Below are positions 41,808 through 55,388 of a stretch of 64,000 bases of DNA, in pieces. Position numbers and translations under genes: made by a program. The notes beneath the pieces are model-generated. The model saw only the letters and a list, made by a program, of their open reading frames with translations, searched no databases and was not told the origin of the DNA. Each line of letters starts with the position of its first letter. The first letter of the stretch is position 1. The DNA comes from Mobula hypostoma (lineage: Eukaryota). The stretch spans positions 136,836,001-136,900,000 of the forward strand of contig NC_086097.1 in assembly GCF_963921235.1 (NCBI RefSeq), read 5' to 3'.

Positions 41808-42437
41808 GGTTGGGTTGAGTTGTTTTGCGGTCTCGGCAATTTACTTGCAAACATCTCATCACCAGACGAGGAGATATCGTCAATACACTGTTGATTGTGG
41901 TGTGTCCTCTTGGCCTTTAAATACTTTTCAAACAGCTGATCAGATGCCATTTTGGAAACTCAATTGCAATGTGGGGAGAAAATCTTGTTGCTGACTGGCT
42001 GTGTGGCAAACTTTGTGCATTGTGGTCAGGAATTTCGCCCGCATCAACTCATAAGTAGGATCGAGGTCTATGTGCCCACTGATACTGGGCATCAGTGAAA
42101 GTCATGGTGGAAGGGAATACGCTGCATGCAAGAGAATTCCTAGAGCCATGGTTTTCCATAAATAAACATGTAAACAATCCTATTCATGAGCCCTTTCCGG
42201 TCAGGAATTTTGCCCGCAACGCACCAAGTTTGCCACACAGCCAATCAACAACAAGATTTCCTCCCCACCTTACAATTCAGTTTCCGAAATGATGTCCAAT
42301 CAGCTAATTGAAAGGTATATAAAGGCCAAGCATTCAGAGGATGTACCACAATCATAGCGCACTGACGATGTCTCCTCGCATGGTGACAAAATGTTTGCAA
42401 GTAAATTGCCAAGTTCAGAGAACAACTCAATCCAACA
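41808..42437. mobile_element. Penelope-like element palindrome (two 3' ends head-to-head)
   Basis: Inverted arms of about 230-270 bp. The + arm encodes AREFLEPWFSINKHVN (PLE GIY-YIG C-terminus-like) and the - arm encodes HIDLDPTYE. Hammerhead-like CTGACGA at 42362. Confidence 0.8.
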
Positions 42438-42649
42438 GTGATTAAGTCATTACATGGCACCTTCCTTCCCAGTAAACACTTTTCCGTTTTCAATGAGTGT
42501 GTGCATCTATTGTAAGAATCACAATATGAGTTTGAGGAAACAGCACAAGTTAAAAGTCGCACATCAAATTGGTCCAGGACAGAAGGAGACCATTTGACTC
42601 AGTGTGCCTCACCCAAAAACAACAATTTTTACACAAGAAAAGCTTGTTC

Positions 42650-43185
42650 CAGTTACAAAAGATGTTGGTGAGACCTCTCTCAGAGTACTTTGTACTGTTT
42701 GGTTACCCTGTTTTTAGGAAGGATGTTACTAAACAAGAAAGTTTTGCCAGGATGTTGCCTGGATTTGGGGACGGGAGTTACAAGGAGAGATTGCATAGAA
42801 TAGGATTGTATTCCTTCGAATGTAGGAGATTGACGGGTAACCTGATAGTGATATTTAAAAACATGGGGGGCATGGATAGGGTAAAAGCACACAATCTTTT
42901 ACCTAGAGAGAAGGTGCTAAAAGCTTCCAGGCATAAGTTTAGAGATTAAAAGAGACACCGTGGACAGCTTCTTCATGCAAAGGTTGGTATCTATTTGGAA
43001 TGAGCTGCCAGAAATAGTGGCTGAGGCATGTGCATTATCAGCATTTAAAAGTCATCTAGGTAAGTAGTTGGGTAGGAGAGGTTTGGCTATAGGCCAGATA
43101 TGGGCAGATGGGACCAGTTCATGGGTGAGCATGGGCAAGTTGGGCTGAAGGGTCTTGTTTCCATGCTGTAAGGCTCTATAATTCT
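42650..43185 (+). mobile_element. CR1 3' fragment
   Basis: LVRP.EY.V.F..P..RKD..RMLPG..SYKERL..GLYS.E.RRL.G.LI motif plus a CR1 3' UTR. Confidence 0.8.
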
Positions 43186-43806
43186 ATGACTTGTGATCAT
43201 CAATCCTAGTGACCATAGAAGTTTTTATTTGCTCTTATTTAAATCTGCCATAATTTTGAGCACCTCCATGGATTTTCCTTAGCTTGAGTCCTGAAGAACA
43301 CGATCCTTGTCAAGATGTGCCCTAAGGTGAGATTATGTTGCCAGAAAGGTGGCAGGAGGTTGAGGAACAGAAGTAGAGGGAATGGTCTGACCATATTTAA
43401 GCGTCTTGATGATGTTTTGTGGTAAAGATAGATATGGTTAGATTAGTTTATTTTGTTGTTTTATACACCCAGGTGTAATGAAATTCTTTGTTTGCATGAA
43501 TGGTAATAACAAATACAACAATGAAAGCAGCGACCAGTGCCAAACAGCATCCTGGGGCAAAGACTGTAGTGCAATCTGAAGTAGTGGAAAAACAAATGCT
43601 GAAGTGACAATAACAGAATAACCAAGGGAGGTAGAATTAAGAGTTGGAGAACGTGCCAGCAACACCAGGAAAGGGATGTTAAAAAAGTGATTGATTGATA
43701 AAGCTGTAGGGGGAAAAGCTGTTTTAAGTCTGGATGCACAAGCTTTCAAGCTCCTTTATCTTTTTCTGAAAGTTAAAGGGGGGGGGGAGGATTAATCAGA
43801 GTGTCC

Positions 43807-43902
43807 AGTCCTGATGAAGGGTCTCAGCCTGAGATATCGACTCTTTATTCCTTTCCATAGATGCTGCCTGACCTGCTGTGTTCCTCTACCATTTTATGTG
43901 CG
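43807..43902 (+). mobile_element. Short Penelope-derived repeat with near-complete minimal hammerhead
   Basis: AGTC-CTGATGA-agggtctcagcct-GAGA-tatc-GACT: stem I is intact and GAAA is mutated to GAGA. Confidence 0.75.
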
Positions 43903-45142
43903 TTAATCTGATAGCACCCTTGGCTGTGCATATATTGAACCTTCCAGTAGATTATTCACTGTGTGTTAACTATTGCAGATTATGTTGCAAACAGACGCAC
44001 CTCTTAAATTTCCTCATTTTCACCAGCATTAGCTAACAAAAAACAGGAACTTCTTGTTTGTTTTATCATCTGGAAATTGCAAACAGGTTTCTCCTACTGT
44101 CGCTTGACATGGATGATGTATAATTTTATTTTCTAGCCATTTTGTGACAATTTTGAAAGATGTGTTGTGTTTTACTTTTTACTGGATTCTTCCATAATGT
44201 GTGATATTTAAATATGCCAGGTGAAATGAAGCTTACTGAAATGGCCGAATGCATAGGTACACAATGTATTTTGGCGACTTGTTTACAAGCCCACTGCGTT
44301 CTTGAAAACAGCATTTAATACTGACACTTCTGGATGTAATTCAAGAGTCAGTGAGTGCAAGTGTGAAAGCTGGCAGCCAGCAACAGAAAAAATGAGGTGG
44401 CGTTTGACTGCAACAGCAGTTTTGGAAATTGGAGACCAGCAGCAATAAAGTTCAAGAGAAGTGCAGTTGTACGCACAATTCTCATCAATGATTTGCTCCT
44501 GCTGTGAGGCCTTCAGACTTGGCAGAAATTGTCCTTTGTGCTTTCACCAAGAGCCCTTAAAGGTTCATTCTGTAGACCTTGCTCTAGTAAATCGAAGGAT
44601 CTTGATGTCTTTTAAAGCAATGCCCTGCCACTTTGACTGAACTGTGCCTCTTGATCTCTCTGTGGTTGTACCTCTTTTACAATTATGCCCTGCACAATGT
44701 AACATTATTATTTCCTGAGCTTTAAATTTTATCTGTCACCTATCTACTGTATATCATCATGGAATCTATTTCAATGCTCCTCACCTGTTCAAGATGCCTC
44801 CAAATGTTGTATTATTTGCAAATTATGCCCAAGACTTCTCAGCCCAAGTCATTAATATATATTGGTAAAAACAGTGGTCCTAATACTAAATGTTGGGAAA
44901 TAGCACAAGTCCTCTAGTCCAAAAGGCTACCTCTCTTTACCCCTCTGTCTCCTTTATTTAGCCTATTTCCTATTCATGCTTCCTTGTCCCCTTTTATTTC
45001 ATGGCTTTCAAGGTTGACAATAGTGTTTATTGGGTGGTACCTTATGAAATGCCTTTTGGAAGTGTGTACATATCATATCAATTACACTTCACTTATTGAC
45101 ATTCTTCTCCTAGAAGAAAAACATCGTTAGATCTTTATTTTT

Positions 45143-45325
45143 TATTTATGTAGAGGTACAGCATAGCAACAGGCCTTCTGACCCAGTGAGCCCATGCCAC
45201 CCACTTAGACCCCTGTGACTAATTAACCTGTCACCTCTACATCTTTGGAATGTGGGCATCCAGAGGAAATCCACGCAGGTCATGGGGAAAATGTACAGAC
45301 AGTGGCAGAATTGAACCCGGGTCAT
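45143..45325 (-). mobile_element. HE1-like V-SINE
   Basis: Antisense V-domain (gaggaaatccacgcaggtcatggggaaaatgtacagac) and B-box-like gaattgaaccc. Confidence 0.7.
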
Positions 45326-45944
45326 TACCAAGATGGGATTTGTAAGGAGTGTTTGCTATCTGAAAATACATTTCACAAATGTGTGCAACAGGTTATGTGA
45401 AGAGAAGAAGCTAAATTTAAGGTTTACTGGAATTCCTTTTCCAGTTTCAAATATTTCCAAAATAAATAGGTAGGTTGGATCTGCAAGGCCAAAGTAGAGT
45501 GCAGTTGAATGAAATGTTGTCAGAAATGTTGATAAGTGGTGTCATTGATCTGAAGGAGGATTTTATTGAAATTGAGGATTTTTAGAGAATGTTGTCTTTG
45601 TTCTTATGTGAGTATTGTTGCAAAGGACAGTAATGTCACAGTCCGATTAAATGACAGCCTTAGTATTTATCGCCAAACATTCTCAAAATTATTAGGAAAA
45701 TGCTTAAGGCATAACTGTATAGTTATCTTTAACTATTTCTTCAATGAAGGTTGAATTGCATTGGATTTGATGCTGTGTACCTTAGGATATGCAGAGTGGG
45801 ATAATGGGAGTGTAGTTTAGGATATCTTCAGATATGTTTAATTGCAATACTGAGAGTTGCTGCACCTTTAGGTGTCCTCAGTGATGTAATTCATGCCCTC
45901 TCTGCAGGATGTATTCTATTAAGCACATAACGTTTCAGAACTTG

Positions 45945-46375
45945 GAGACACAAGAGACAGCAGATGCCGGAATCTGAATGAAAAAAAAACAAGCTGCTGG
46001 AGGAACTCAGTTGGTCAGGCAGCATCTGTGGAGGGAAATGGCGTTTCAAGTTGAGACCTTTCATCTGGACTGAAAGAACAGAAGTCACGGGGAACAGTAA
46101 GCGAGTGTCTCACAGAACTCCCGTAGAAAAGAAGGGGAAGACATCAAAGTGGGCATAGTTTGAAGAGGCTTCACAGCGGAGTAATAAAAGTTGAGACACA
46201 AAAGGCAGCAGATGCTGGAATTTGGAGAGAAAGTCAAATTGTTGGAGGAACACAACAAGTTGAGCAGCATCTGTAGAAGGAAATGAACAATCCATATTTC
46301 AGGTTGAGGCCCTTCATATAAATGGTCTTGACTTGAAATATCATTTGTACATATCTCTCCACAGATACTCTTCAG
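45945..46375. mobile_element. Cluster of Penelope-derived short repeats (two minus copies plus an inverted partial copy)
   Basis: tgctggaggaactcag..ggcagcatctg motif occurs twice; palindromic centre near 46320. Confidence 0.65.
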
Positions 46376-47854
46376 AATTTGTTGCCTTTCCTTTCTGTTT
46401 TCTGGAAACCACTTCATAGCTCGTCAGTCATTTATCTTATGCAGCTGCAAGAAGAGTCATCAGCAAACAGTATCCTAATAGAGAAGAATTAACTACAGCT
46501 TCTTACTCCTGTTGCCTAGATTGGAGAAGTACTGGGGATGTTTTCTCTAGCGTGGAGGAGGTTGAGGGGTGACCCAAGAGTAGTATATAAAATTCTTAAG
46601 AACCATGGATAAGGTATTCAGAATTTTTTTCTAGTGGTAAGGTATCAAAAGTCTGGGCACAGCACAGCTGAGGAACGAGTTTTAAAGGGGATTCGAGGGG
46701 AAAGTTTTTTTTACATAGTTGCTATCTGGAGCTCACTGCTAGAGGAAAGGCAGAATCAAGTATAATCACTATGTTTAAGAGGCATATGGAAAGACACAAA
46801 TTAGTAAAGCATAGATGGATACAATTAAATGCAAACAAATGAGATTAGTAGGTGAGTTAAAAGGTCAGCATTGACATGGTGAACTGAATGGCCCTCTTCT
46901 GTAGAACTCTTTCTTCAAAAAACACTTTTTAAGTGTTTGGCAAATTTTTTGATACTGTTGCTAGGCAGGACAAGTGTTTTGACATGGTTGTAATTTGCAA
47001 GCTGATAAATCTGCCAGCATTTAATAAAAGAACTGAGAGTATCCCAAACAGCACTTCGCTTCTCACAACACTCTGGGAGGAATAATTGGAAAAATAACCA
47101 GTAGTCTTTTACCCTGGCATGGAATTAAAATACCTAATTGTATTTTCTCACAATTGAAACATGCAATAAAGTAGCTAGTCAAAAAATTAACTCTACTGTG
47201 CATTTCTCATACAAAGGTAATTACAAATTGTACACTCCGTTTAAGAACGTTCTTTTCCTTTACACAAATATGAACTGTTCTTTTCCCTTGATGGAAAACT
47301 GCAAAATTAAGTTCTGACAGAGGCTGTGGTTATGTTGGAATGCATGAAAGCCCATCTAAGAAATCTCCAGCACAGTTACGTTCAGTGGTTCTAATCAGTA
47401 CTAGGGCACAATCATTAGGCATGATGCATCTTGCATAAATTCCTCATCGGCAAGGGATGCTGTAGCCAGGAGGTTGCATATGTCCACGATGCTCTCATAT
47501 CCCAGCAACTTCACTTGATACAGGAGTGACTAAAAATGCTTTGTCCATTCCCAAACCCATGAGAGGCACATCAAAAAGCAAATTTCCTTTCTTTGGGATT
47601 TCATTTTATACCTAATGATAAAAGGCTATGATTAAACACATCTATGGGAGGGCAAATCAGAATCCACTGCTAATAGCAGAGCTTCGAGCACAGCTGAGAG
47701 GTCAGGATGCTGTCTTCAGATCAGGGATAAAATGGTTCTTTCTGACAGACTGAATGTCTATTATGCTTGGTTTAATGCACAGAAAGATGCACCAGCGAGG
47801 AAGGCTCCCCCACCTCCCCAAGGAGCAGGCACTCAGTCTCGCCGCAGCTGATAT

Positions 47855-48105
47855 TTTATTTTATCGGGATACGGTGTGGAATAGCCCCTTCTGGCCCTTT
47901 GACCTATGCTGCCCAGCAATCCCCTGATTTAATAGTCAACTAATCATGGGACAATTTACAATGATCAATTAACCTATCTCCGGGTATGTCTTTAGACTTT
48001 GGAGGAAACCAGAGCACCCGGAGGAAACCCAGGAGATCACGGGGAGAACGTACAAACTCCTTACAGGCAGCAGCAGGAATTGAACCCAGGTCACCTGCGC
48101 TGTAG
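47855..48105 (-). mobile_element. HE1-like V-SINE
   Basis: ggaggaaaccagagcacccggaggaaaccca...ggggagaacgtacaaactcc is an antisense V-domain; tRNA-like head ggaattgaaccc. Confidence 0.8.
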
Positions 48106-50274
48106 AGTGTATAGATGACATACAAAACCAAGTTTTTCCATTGTACTTCTATACATGTGACAATAATAAACAAATTTGCTGTCCTGGCATCCATTTTCAC
48201 AACACTGAACAACCTTGCCTAGTCCCCTTGACAATCAAATCCCTTTTATGTGTTTTCACCATGATGCCCTCTTAGGCTTTCATCTCCATAACTTTTATAG
48301 GTAATTCAGTGAACTGCCACAAATCTCCTTGTCCTGCACTGTTTCCCATTCTCACTGGGCTTTCATTGCTCCAACTCTTTTAATTTGAAACCTTCAGTGA
48401 ATCCCAGCATGTCCTGTACTCTCTCAGCAATCTTGTCTTAACTGCCAACTAAGCATTATATTCAGTGCGTGCATTCCCTATTCTTCATGGTGAGACCCTT
48501 GGCTTATCTGTGCCCTGCTCTGTTTAAGCTTTCTAAAGTCTGCTGGTAATTATATAATAGAAAATTCATATTTATAAGGTCCTTGTGCAGAGTATAAAAA
48601 TATTTTGTGTTTCATCATGTTCATCTAATATTTTAGAGAGGTTGTACCATCTTCCGAAAGGGTGACATACGTGGGTTGTTGCTTCCGGGTTTATGTAACC
48701 ATAAATGCAGTGCGTTGATTTAAAGCACATGTCTCATGATCATAAAGAAGATTCATATTGTATCAATAAATTACTGCTAAGCAGAAATAAGAACTGTTTT
48801 TTAGTCAAGCAGGATTGTAGACATGTCAGAGGTTTGCAGTGCTGTCCAAGTTGGATCAATTTGATGGAAAGAGCCATTATTTTCCAAATTTTCAGTCATG
48901 TGTTCTAGTTCTGAGGAAATGCACGCTTTAACCCATGCACTCCCCCACATCCCAGTTGAATTATAAAGAGTAAACCTGTTGCATATAAGATTGAATCTGT
49001 AATATCAACTTGAAGAGAAACTGAGGACCTATTATTTTAAGTTTTAAAAAATTACTTAAGACCTTCAGTGAGAATTTGATTTATCATTGTTCAAATACAT
49101 CTGCTTTGTTCAAACCTATAATTATTTTCCTTTAGTCCACATAATCCTTTAAAATATTAATGGACTCTAAACCAAAGGGGTTCTCTTGATGTGATACAAT
49201 TTCTTCAAGAAATGTTTTTCTCCTGATTTATTGTATTAATTTATCCTGAGGAAGTGACAGAACATACATTTGACTTTTCCTTTGATATGTTATTATAATG
49301 TAGGTATCTGTTTGGCCCATCAAAACTTTGCCATGTGTTTCCCCCACAGGAGTCATTCAGTCTCTCTTTACAATTCCACTTGCTCACTATACCCTTTAGT
49401 ATTATCTTTCAAGCCTCTGATTCATTTCTAAAATAACTCTTGGGCATCAGCTGCAAGAGAATTACATACTGGAAGCAGTCTTAATGGAAAGTTTGTTGAT
49501 ATAACTTATATTTATAAAATGCTTTTAACAAAACTTGATTCCCCAGTGGACATCAACTGAAGGAAATTAATCCATTCTTTTGGTAGAATTACCAGAAATA
49601 TGCTAAGTGGAATTTATGACAAAATTAGATTTAAGGAGGCTGTTAAAGTAGCAGCCCAGAAGTTTTTGCACAGGCAAAATAATCTTCTCTGAGGGTTATA
49701 AATTTAAACTGCTGGAAATTTTTCTCCATTTTCTTACATACCTGAATCTTCAAACATGCTTCTGTCTTTCTATGTGTCATTTTCTTGTGGAATAATTCTA
49801 CTAGGTTCCAAGGGCTGAAGACGGACACTTAGAGCAATATTGGATAAATTAAATTTCTGTTTTGTATCACCTGGCTTCAGTGAATTTTATTACTGAGTAC
49901 TGAACTTGAGATGAAGTGAATGGCAAGTATAGGGAAAAGTTAATTTTTAAATCACCTTGGACTGCACTTAATAGTCTGAGACCAGATGGAAAGCCCAGTC
50001 AAAAGAGTTGAGAGTTATTACATCCAGTCTGCAGTTGGCTTATCCACTGAGCTCTGGCAACAGTATGATTTCTGCTTGTGCTTTTTAAAAGTAATTATCT
50101 TGGATTTGGAGAGGGGAATTTTGGATTAATTTATTTATAATCATCCCAATTCCAGGCCTAGTCTTTTCATTTCTATACTAACAATCCTTCCAAAATTATA
50201 TTTATACAAGATTTGGCTTACAGAGATATTGTGGACTAGATTTTTTTTCCAGAAAGTGCATGTAAAATACAATA

Positions 50275-50860
50275 GCAACATGCTGGAGGAGTAACTCAGC
50301 AAGTCAGACAGCATCTGTGAAGGTGAATTAAGTAGTCAACATTTCAGGCCGATTCTCATCATCAGGACTGAAAGGAAGGGGAAAAAGCCAAAATAAGGTG
50401 GGGGGAGGGGAAGGAGTAGAAGCTGGTGTGACCAGGTGAGGGGGGAAAGTGGGTGGGGGAGGGGATTGGTTGGAGAAGAACAGATATAATAGAAGGCGGT
50501 GGGCCATGGAATAAAGGGAAGGAGGAGGGGAACCATAATGAGGTAATGGGTAGGTGACAACAGATGAGAGGGTAGGTAGAATGGGGAATGTAAAAAGGGA
50601 GAAGGGGAGAGTGGGGGGAGTAGTTGCCAGAATATAGAGAAAACAATGTTCATGCATCAGGTTGAAGGCTACCGAGATGGAATGTGAGGTGTTGCTCCTC
50701 CAGCCTGAGCTAGGCCCCACCAACAGACTTGCAGGCGAAGTGTTGGCTCACCTGGAAGGTCTGTTTAGAACCCTCAATGGTGAGGGAGGAGATGTAAGGC
50801 AGGTGTAGCACTTGTATTGCTTGCAGGAATAAGTTCCAGGAGAGAGATCAGTGGGGAGGT
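50275..50860 (-). mobile_element. Penelope-like element 3' portion (zinc finger/GIY-YIG remnants, pyrimidine-rich spacer, hammerhead motif)
   Basis: The minus strand reads PGTYSCKQYKCYTC and RLEEQHLTFHLGSLQPDA.NIVFS. Hammerhead core CTGATGA...GAAA at 50334-50369. Confidence 0.8.
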
Positions 50861-51171
50861 ACAACAGCCTCCAGGTACTATACTAAATCGGGATATTGTG
50901 TTTCTGTGCCTGATTGGAATTAAATGTTGTCATTGTGCTACAATATGTCTTAATTCTCACTAGGAGAATTTTGCATTACTAGAGCTTTCTTTTTTAAAAA
51001 GTTGTTTAAAAGCTATTCTTAATCTTAATTTTTACTTTGGTAATAATCAACTGTCAACTAAAACTGGATGAAATGTTTTCTGCTTGCAGATAACTGATGG
51101 AAAAACAATTCAGTTTGAATGCTAAGATTTCCTTTCCCCTGAACTTGGGTTCATGCAGCACAAGCAATTAT

Positions 51172-51390
51172 AAACACAAGAGATTCTGCAGATGCTAGAA
51201 ATATTGAGCAACACAAATGCTGAAGGAACTGGGCAAATCAAGCAGTATCTATGGAGAATAAACAGTCAGCGTTTTGGGCAGAGATCCTTCATCAGGACTG
51301 ATGAAGGGCTGTGGTCAGAAGAGTCAACAGTTTTTCCCCCTGTGTAAATGCTGCTGGCTTGCTGAGATCCTCCAGAATTGTGTGTGTACA
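51172..51390. mobile_element. Palindromic dimer of Penelope-derived short repeats
   Basis: Centre ccttcatcaggactgatgaagg, with mirrored family motifs on each side. Confidence 0.75.
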
Positions 51391-52479
51391 GTATCAAGCA
51401 CTTAATGTGAAATTTCAGTTCTCTTTGTGACTGGTGACTGCACATGTACAAATGGCTCATGTGTATGGCAGCAGAAAATGATAAACCAGAAATCATCCAA
51501 AATAATGGGCAAGATTGGGCTGGAAAAGTAAAAGGAAAGTATTTTCTCAACCACATATTAATGAGCAAACTATTCAGCCAGTTCAGTGGATTAAAAGATG
51601 CACAGTGAATGTTCAGTGTTCAGAACTTACTGCTTGGTCGCTACAGTTTGGCTCACAGGAGCCACTTTTTTCCTTGTCTCCTTGTTATATTTAAGAATGT
51701 TCTGCACTGTGCACTAATTAACCAATAAACACCATACAGAACGTTAAGCTGCCCAGGCTCTGGATTAAATTTTTAATCTTCTGTCTAATTCTATCAGGCG
51801 GTGAGATTTTACAGATGTTCTGCTCTCCAACTGAAATAATGAATAGAACCAACTCTGTGGTGAGAGGCAGAATCAATTGGTCACGGGTTACCAGGCCAAC
51901 TGCTAATCATCCTGTTCTGAATTTAAGTTTAAAATTTCATTTAGCTCTGCAACAACACAAAGATTATCGCAGTAACACAAATAAGTGTTCTGGTTTCATG
52001 GTACCTGATAGCAACTTTCTAATTTTACACTAATGGTGTACTTAGAGCAAGTAAATCTTTGTAAATGCAGGCTGTACCATTCCAGCAGGGTTTCCTCGCT
52101 TAGGTAAAAATCTTTAAGTGCTGCTGTTGTATTAGAAACCTAGTTAAATGTGCCCATATATTTTGCATTATGTTTTATACTGTGCAGTGTCTCATTAGAC
52201 TTGTTGTTGTCCTGGCTTTCCCAGTTCTCCAGAGGCAACACTAGTTTCAATTACATCTGTTGTGCATTGTGCGAGTGATGTCAACTGTTTGTGTGCCAGT
52301 ATCCCCAATTCAGTCTGTACAGTCACAGATCAGCACATCCAGGATCAATGGGAATATGGGTTTTCAACAGGGCAGGGAATGGAATTAATGCCTGACAACT
52401 GAGCATAGCACCCCTCCCTGCCCCACCAGTCACTGATATACAGCACATTAAAAGCTTGACATTGGCAGCATAGGCTTAT

Positions 52480-52935
52480 GTCTACAAAGTGGTCATAGTG
52501 TTGCTATACTGAGGTAGTAGTTAGAATTGTACTGGTTTGTTCAGCAACCAAATGCTTGAAAGGAAATAGCTGTTCTTATACATAGTGGTGGGACTTCAGA
52601 ATATTAGTGCCTGCTCTTCGATGGTAGTTGTAATAAGATGGCCAGGACAGATGATGGGGTCTTTGATGATAGATGTTGCCTTCTTGAGACGGTGCCTCAT
52701 GCAGATACTTCCAGTGATGGGAGTGATGTTCCTATGATGTATTGAGCTGAATCTACAACTCTGCAGCTTTTTACATTGCTGCACATTCAAATTGCCATAC
52801 CAGACCATGATGCAACCCACCAAGTTACTTTCAGCAATACATCTGTTTGGAGTGTTCAATGACATGTTGAACCTCCTTAACCTTCTAAGGTAGAGACACT
52901 AGCATGCCTTCTTTGTGATTGTATTTACGTGTTGG
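52480..52935 (-). mobile_element. Rex1/Babar-type LINE 3' fragment
   Basis: ORF 52596..52865 (ESNLVGCIMVWYGN...KKATSIIKDP). Confidence 0.7.
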
Positions 52936-52939
52936 GCCT

Positions 52940-53170
52940 GCATCTCTCTCCCAAATCCACCCCTTCCCTCCCCATCTGACTCGATCTGCTGTTCGTCCTT
53001 CAACACTCCTTGGTCCATCTATCACCTACCATCCATTGTCCTCTCTTGAAACTGGTCATCTTCCCTCTCCATTCCCAGTCCTGATCCAAGGTTTCAATCC
53101 AAAATATCAACAATTCCTTTCCCCTAAAGATGCTGCTCAACCCGCTGAGTTCTTCCTGTAGATTGTTTGT
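52940..53170 (+). mobile_element. Penelope-derived repeat (pyrimidine-rich spacer plus decayed hammerhead region)
   Basis: cagtcctgatccaagg...gatgctgctcaacccgctgagttc. Confidence 0.6.
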
Positions 53171-54439
53171 TGAAAGGGGTTAGTGTGATTAATAACTCCC
53201 AGGTGCATGCTCAAATCCCACCATACTAGTTAGGGAATTCGGATTCAGTTCAATAAATCTGGAATATAAAAAAAACTAAGTACAGTAATTTGCTCTGTGT
53301 GTGTGCGTAAACAAAATCACTTGTCTCGTAAATCTCCCTTAAACATTCCCCCTTTCACGTTAATGCTATGCCCTCACGTATTTGACATTTCTACCCTGAG
53401 AAAAGACCTTCTATCAGTTCGCCCCTAAGCCACCAACACTCCTGAGAAAACATCGCAAGTTTGTTCAACCTCTCCTATTAAATAGTACTCTCCAATCCAG
53501 GCAAAATCCTGGTGTATATCTTTTAGAGTGTTTTAGGTAGAGGGTATTCTTCTGCCCTTCTTCAATAAATAAGTGTGCAAGGGCATCTTTAGACTATAGG
53601 CTACTCCTGCTGTGTTTGATAGGACAGTGATTTATCAAGCCAAGAAACTAAACACAACAAAGACAATATTATCTCCTACACTTTATATATCTAAAGCCTT
53701 CTGTTCCACATCCAGATTTAGATAAGTGGATTTATATTGGCTGGTCATTCCAATCAATTCTGAAACTATAAGAACTATTCTCAACTTTTGGTGCTGTGGT
53801 GCAGGCAATTGTCGTGGGAAGATCTGTATGTCAGTTATTCGCCAGAAAAAAAATTTCAGCCTCAGCATCACAGAAGAGAAGATTAAATTAATGATGTGTA
53901 AATTAAATCATAATTAAATATCATGAGCCTTGATGTAAACTTCTTTTGATTATGTGAGTTGGAATAATTTGACAGAAAGCTAAGTTCCAGAACTTGGTGC
54001 TTGACTGAAATTGTTAAAGTGGACTGTTTTTAAAAGGGAACTACATTGGCACTGAGTAACCACACTTTCCAACACATGGAATGGATTTGTGTATCATTTT
54101 TAGCTTCACATTAAATGTAAAAATCCATTTCTTTCTGGTATGATTTCTATACAAAACTTCCCATTAAAAATTCACATCAATTGCTGTACAAAATCCAGAT
54201 TAAAAGAAGAAATGTATTGCTTTATTTGAAAGGGAAAAACAAGCTGATAAATAGGAACAAATAATTGCATGTTATTTTCAAAGTTCCAACCACTAGTATT
54301 GTGTATGATGCAGCCTCAGAGCTTCTTTCGAGAATACGGGGGCCATTCCCCTATGTAGTCATTGGGACAACAACTGATATATACCTCCCGCACATCCCTC
54401 ATCCCCATACCACTCATGTTTGATGTGCACATGCAGCGT

Positions 54440-55388
54440 TTTTGTGAGGGCTGCTAGATGCCATTTCATTGACTCTTCACTCAAGCCTGCAATATATAGG
54501 CATTGAAGATGGTCATCAGGATGGTCTTCATTGACTGCAGCTGAGCATTCAATACTATCATCCGCTGGAAGCTAATCAATAAGCTCCAAGACGTTGACCT
54601 CTGTACCTCCCTGTGCAACTGGATTGTCAATTTCCTACTTGCAGACCCCAGTCAGTTTGGATTGGTAACAATATCTCCTCCACAGTCACCATCAGCACAA
54701 GGCTGGGTGCTTAGCCCTTGGATTTCTTTGCCTCGAGGCTAGGTACAACTCCAATGCCATGTTTAAGTTTTTTGACGACACCATTGTTGTTGACCAAATC
54801 AAATGTGGCAAGGAATTCGTATATAGGAGGATGACTGAAAATTGTGTTGAATGTTGCAACAACAACAACCTCTCACTCAACATCAACAAAACTAAAAAGC
54901 TTGATTAGTGACTACAGGAGAAAGAAACCAGCAATCTAGAAGCCAGTCCTCATTAGGGGATCAAAGATGGAACTTTAAATTCCTTGGTGGTGTTATTTTA
55001 GGAGATCTATCCTGGGACAGGTCATCAGAGCCATTTCAGAGAAGGCAGGGCAGTGCCTCTACTTTCTTAAAAGTTTGAGCAGATTCAGTATGTCATCTAA
55101 ATTCCTGTCAAATTTCTATAGATGCACAGTGGAGTGGAGAATATCCTGACTAGTTGCATCACAGAAACACCAATGCCCAGGAATGAGAAAAATAACAAAA
55201 ATGACTGAATACAACCCCATCCATCTCAGGAAAAGGCCTCCCCACCACTGTGCACATCTGCGAGGAGTGCTGCCAGAAGAAAATAACATCCATCATCAAG
55301 GATGCCCACCATCCAGATCATCAGGAAGGAGGTACAGAAACCTCAGGTCCCATACCAGTAGGTTCAGAAACAGTTATTATCCTTCAAC
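54440..55388 (+). mobile_element. Decayed Rex1/Babar-type LINE
   Basis: Remnant motifs FID.S.AFNTI, LCNWI, KF.DDT and GRRYRNLRSHTSRFRNSYYP. Confidence 0.75.

Noticed and set aside
50328..50723. Pro/Ser/Leu-rich ORFs on the minus strand
   Set aside because: They arise from the pyrimidine-rich spacer of the Penelope-like element and are open in all three frames.
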